Shown here: one piece after another, positions 23,982 through 26,259 of the stretch
Numbering within the stretch: position 1 is the first letter of the stretch
Layout: the number at the start of each line of letters is the position of its first letter
Source: a virus
Taxonomy: Duplodnaviria > Caudoviricetes
Strand: one strand, 5' to 3'
Length of the DNA: 26,259 nt
IMG/VR virus record: IMGVR_UViG_3300011439_000043
Location: 1-26,259 of that record
Made by a program: the position numbers and the translations under genes
Notes under the pieces: model-generated
What the model was told of the DNA's origin: nothing
The model's database searches: none
The model's input: the letters and a program-made list of their open reading frames with translations, nothing else

Positions 23982-25208
23982 CTAGAACAGCTCCCCGGTG
24001 GCGTACTCCATCGCGATCTCGTCGTTTGGATTCGCGACGCTCATGGTGAGCTGTATCACGAGGTCCCGGTTGGCAGAGTCGGAGTCCACGGCCGCCGCTC
24101 CGCTGAACGGTCCGGAGACCTGGGAGCTGGACAGCACGCCAGGAACGATTATGTCGCCCACGCCTGTGGTCGGCGCTGTCTTCGCGGCGACCGGACCTAT
24201 CTTGAACGTCCCACTCAACGACTGATCATTGTTCGCCTGCGCGACCAGGACGAAGTCGAGGTTCCAGGCCAGCCTGTCGGCGTCCGCCGTCGCGGCGCCG
24301 GTCACGTCCTGGAACATCGTCGTCCCGCCGTACGAGATGGCGAGAGTGATCGTCGGGCTCCCTGAGTTGAGCAGCATGGTTCCGCCCATGGAGACCCGGA
24401 TCATCCGCCCCGCGAGGAACAGGCCGTTCGGAATCGTGAGCAACACGAACGTCTGCGCCGCGGAGGTGTTGGCACGCACCACGGGCGTGGTCACCTTGCC
24501 GATGCAGACCGGGCCTGTGGCGCGCACGATCCGCGTGTCGAGGATCTGGTTGGACTCGATCGCGGTGTCGCCAGGCGCCACGTAGACGATCGCGAGCGCG
24601 ACGTCATTGGCCGAGAGCTCCGGGGGCCGCGGGCTCGGCACCGCGCTGCCCGCGCGCACGACCTTCGCGCCCGAGGAGTCGACCACGACCATGTCGATGC
24701 GCGGCAGCGTCGCGTGCGCCGCTGTGATCGTCACGCTGGCCGCAACCACCGCGCGCATCGCGTTGCCGTTGAGCACCGCCCCCTTCGCCACGGCGAGCGT
24801 CATGTCGGGCACACCCTGCGCAGTCACGGCGCAGCCGGATAGCACGCAGTCGTTCAGCCCGCGCGCGATGATCTGGAACTGGCGCTGGTACGTGAGCGGG
24901 AGCAGGTCCGTCGGGACCGTGAGGTTGACGAGCCGATCCTCACAGTTCTCGATCGTGTACGTCCCGTACTCACCGAGCATCAGCACGTCGTGGACAAGCT
25001 CCCGCTGGATGCCGTCGATGTACTGGCGCGTTGCAAACGCCTCGAGCTCGGTCTCCTCCGCCGGTGAAAGCCCGAATGCCGTCGCAATGGACACGGTGGT
25101 CACGCCGGGGGCCGCGCGCTTAAGCTCCGCCAGCGCAGCCATGAACTGGTGCACCGGGAGCTTTTCCTCTCCCGGTGCAGGAGCGATGAGTCGAGAGAGC
25201 AGCGACAC
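23982..25208 (-). CDS. Fibre / minor structural protein (408 aa)
   Basis: Central VLSGCAVTAQGVPDMTLAVAKG...ATLPRIDMVVV...LAIVYV domain typical of phage minor tail/fibre proteins; beta-rich C-terminus. Confidence 0.68.
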   Translation of the reverse strand: MSLLSRLIAPAPGEEKLPVHQFMAALAELKRAAPGVTTVSIATAFGLSPAEETELEAFATRQYIDGIQRELVHDVLMLGEYGTYTIENCEDRLVNLTVPTDLLPLTYQRQFQIIARGLNDCVLSGCAVTAQGVPDMTLAVAKGAVLNGNAMRAVVAASVTITAAHATLPRIDMVVVDSSGAKVVRAGSAVPSPRPPELSANDVALAIVYVAPGDTAIESNQILDTRIVRATGPVCIGKVTTPVVRANTSAAQTFVLLTIPNGLFLAGRMIRVSMGGTMLLNSGSPTITLAISYGGTTMFQDVTGAATADADRLAWNLDFVLVAQANNDQSLSGTFKIGPVAAKTAPTTGVGDIIVPGVLSSSQVSGPFSGAAAVDSDSANRDLVIQLTMSVANPNDEIAMEYATGELF

Positions 25209-25213
25209 GGAGC

Positions 25214-25636
25214 CTAGTTTTCAGGAACGAGGATCGTGCCGGCCGTGATCTGCACCGAGGCGCCGGCCTGGATCGCCGCGCTGTTCAGGATGATCTCGGT
25301 ACCCGACGTGCCCGCCGTGAGCTGCACGATGCAGACGCCGCCGGACTCGAAGATCCGCGCGAAGGACGCCGTGCCCGTCGCGTTTGCCGAGGTGTCCTCG
25401 GGGATCGGCGTCACGTCGAGCGTGATCAGGGCGCCCGGAGCGTTGTCCGTCGCCGTCGCGAAGGAGGGGTCGCTCAGCGTCAGCTCGGCGAGGAGCGTGT
25501 TGCCAGAGAGCGCCGTGTCGGCGTCGGCCGGCGGGGTGCCCGAGTAGAAGCGGATCACTCCGGGGCCGGCGCCACCGTCGACTTTGGCGGTGATCGAGTT
25601 GGCTTCGTCGCGCGCGGTTAGGTTTGAAACGAACAT
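25214..25636 (-). CDS. Small virion structural protein (140 aa)
   Basis: IRFYSGTPPADADTA...LLAELTLSDPSF...ANATGTASFARI pattern seen in small phage structural proteins; SD GAGGAG. Confidence 0.72.
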   Translation of the reverse strand: MFVSNLTARDEANSITAKVDGGAGPGVIRFYSGTPPADADTALSGNTLLAELTLSDPSFATATDNAPGALITLDVTPIPEDTSANATGTASFARIFESGGVCIVQLTAGTSGTEIILNSAAIQAGASVQITAGTILVPEN

Positions 25637-25639
25637 GAT

Positions 25640-26259
25640 CTACTCCTCGTTTTTCGGCAGGGGCTCGCTGTCCCCCTCGTCGTTTGGGTTTGCGGGGTCG
25701 CCCTGGTTCATCGGGTTCTGTGGGTGCGTCGGATCATTCAGGATCACCTGCCCCATGTGGTCCTCGAGCTTCGGGCGGGTGAGCCCGAGGTGATCGAAGA
25801 TCTCCATGTAGGCCTCGTCCTGCGGACCAACTGCAGCGGAGGCCTGCGCCAGGTCGCGCAGCGCGCCGGTCACGACCTCGATGTCGCGGCTCTGCAGCGT
25901 GTCGACCTTGAGCGATGGGCGAAGCTCCATGGGCCAGCCGTTCATCTCGAACAGCCTGTCGACCAGGTCGCTCTCGTAGACGGCCACGAGCTCACGCAGC
26001 ACCGACTCGATGATCAGCACGAAGTTGGTGGTCTTGTCCTTCGAGAGCGCAAGGGAACCAGTGCTCGTGGCGCCAAGAAGCAAGTGCTCGGCGCCAACTA
26101 CGCGCGCGATCTCTCGGTTGACACGCTCGATCGCGGCCGCCACAGCCTCGTGGCCGTTCGACTGCGCGGTGAGGAGCTCGATGTCCCACTGGCGAATCGC
26201 GCTCGGCGCCTGAACCTCGTCGGTCGTCTGGTAGGTCGCGGAGTCGAGCAGCACCCCCA
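25640..26259 (-). CDS. Portal protein, C-terminal part (DUF935 / Mu gp29-like)
   Basis: WDIELL...IERVNREIARVVGAEHLLLG..TGSLALS...DLVDRLFEMNGW; the frame runs off the right edge. Confidence 0.85.
   Translation of the reverse strand, partial: GVLLDSATYQTTDEVQAPSAIRQWDIELLTAQSNGHEAVAAAIERVNREIARVVGAEHLLLGATSTGSLALSKDKTTNFVLIIESVLRELVAVYESDLVDRLFEMNGWPMELRPSLKVDTLQSRDIEVVTGALRDLAQASAAVGPQDEAYMEIFDHLGLTRPKLEDHMGQVILNDPTHPQNPMNQGDPANPNDEGDSEPLPKNEE

Noticed and set aside
1-26259. Assignment as prophage, gene transfer agent, or to a specific host
   Set aside because: No integrase, att site, host gene or lysis gene lies in the window; high GC alone is not diagnostic.

Overview
This window is a contiguous, high-GC virion morphogenesis region of a tailed dsDNA phage or prophage (siphovirus-type: tail tube and long tape measure, no sheath). 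All real genes are on the minus strand and many are coupled by TGATG/ATGA/GTGA overlaps. In transcription order (right to left): portal (partial); a four-gene fibre-like module (140 aa, 408 aa, 830 aa with 18 x 21-aa repeats, BppU-like 130 aa); head-tail adaptor and closure proteins; minor head protein; XkdF-like protease; scaffold; capsid cement; major capsid; hypothetical; neck protein; tail terminator; tail tube; tail chaperones G/GT with a -1 frameshift; GIY-YIG/NUMOD3 homing endonuclease; tape measure; three tail proteins; gpL-like tail-tip protein; endonuclease VII-type homing endonuclease; and a J-like tail-tip protein that runs off the left edge and is missing from the ORF track. The most notable observations are: (1) two free-standing endonucleases, each at a translationally coupled gene junction that it appears to rebuild, one apparently leaving the tape measure gene with an ATT start; (2) a repeat-scaffolded fibre module beside the head-tail adaptor; (3) a prohead protease apparently split across two genes. 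All family assignments come from motif recognition by eye; no searches were run.
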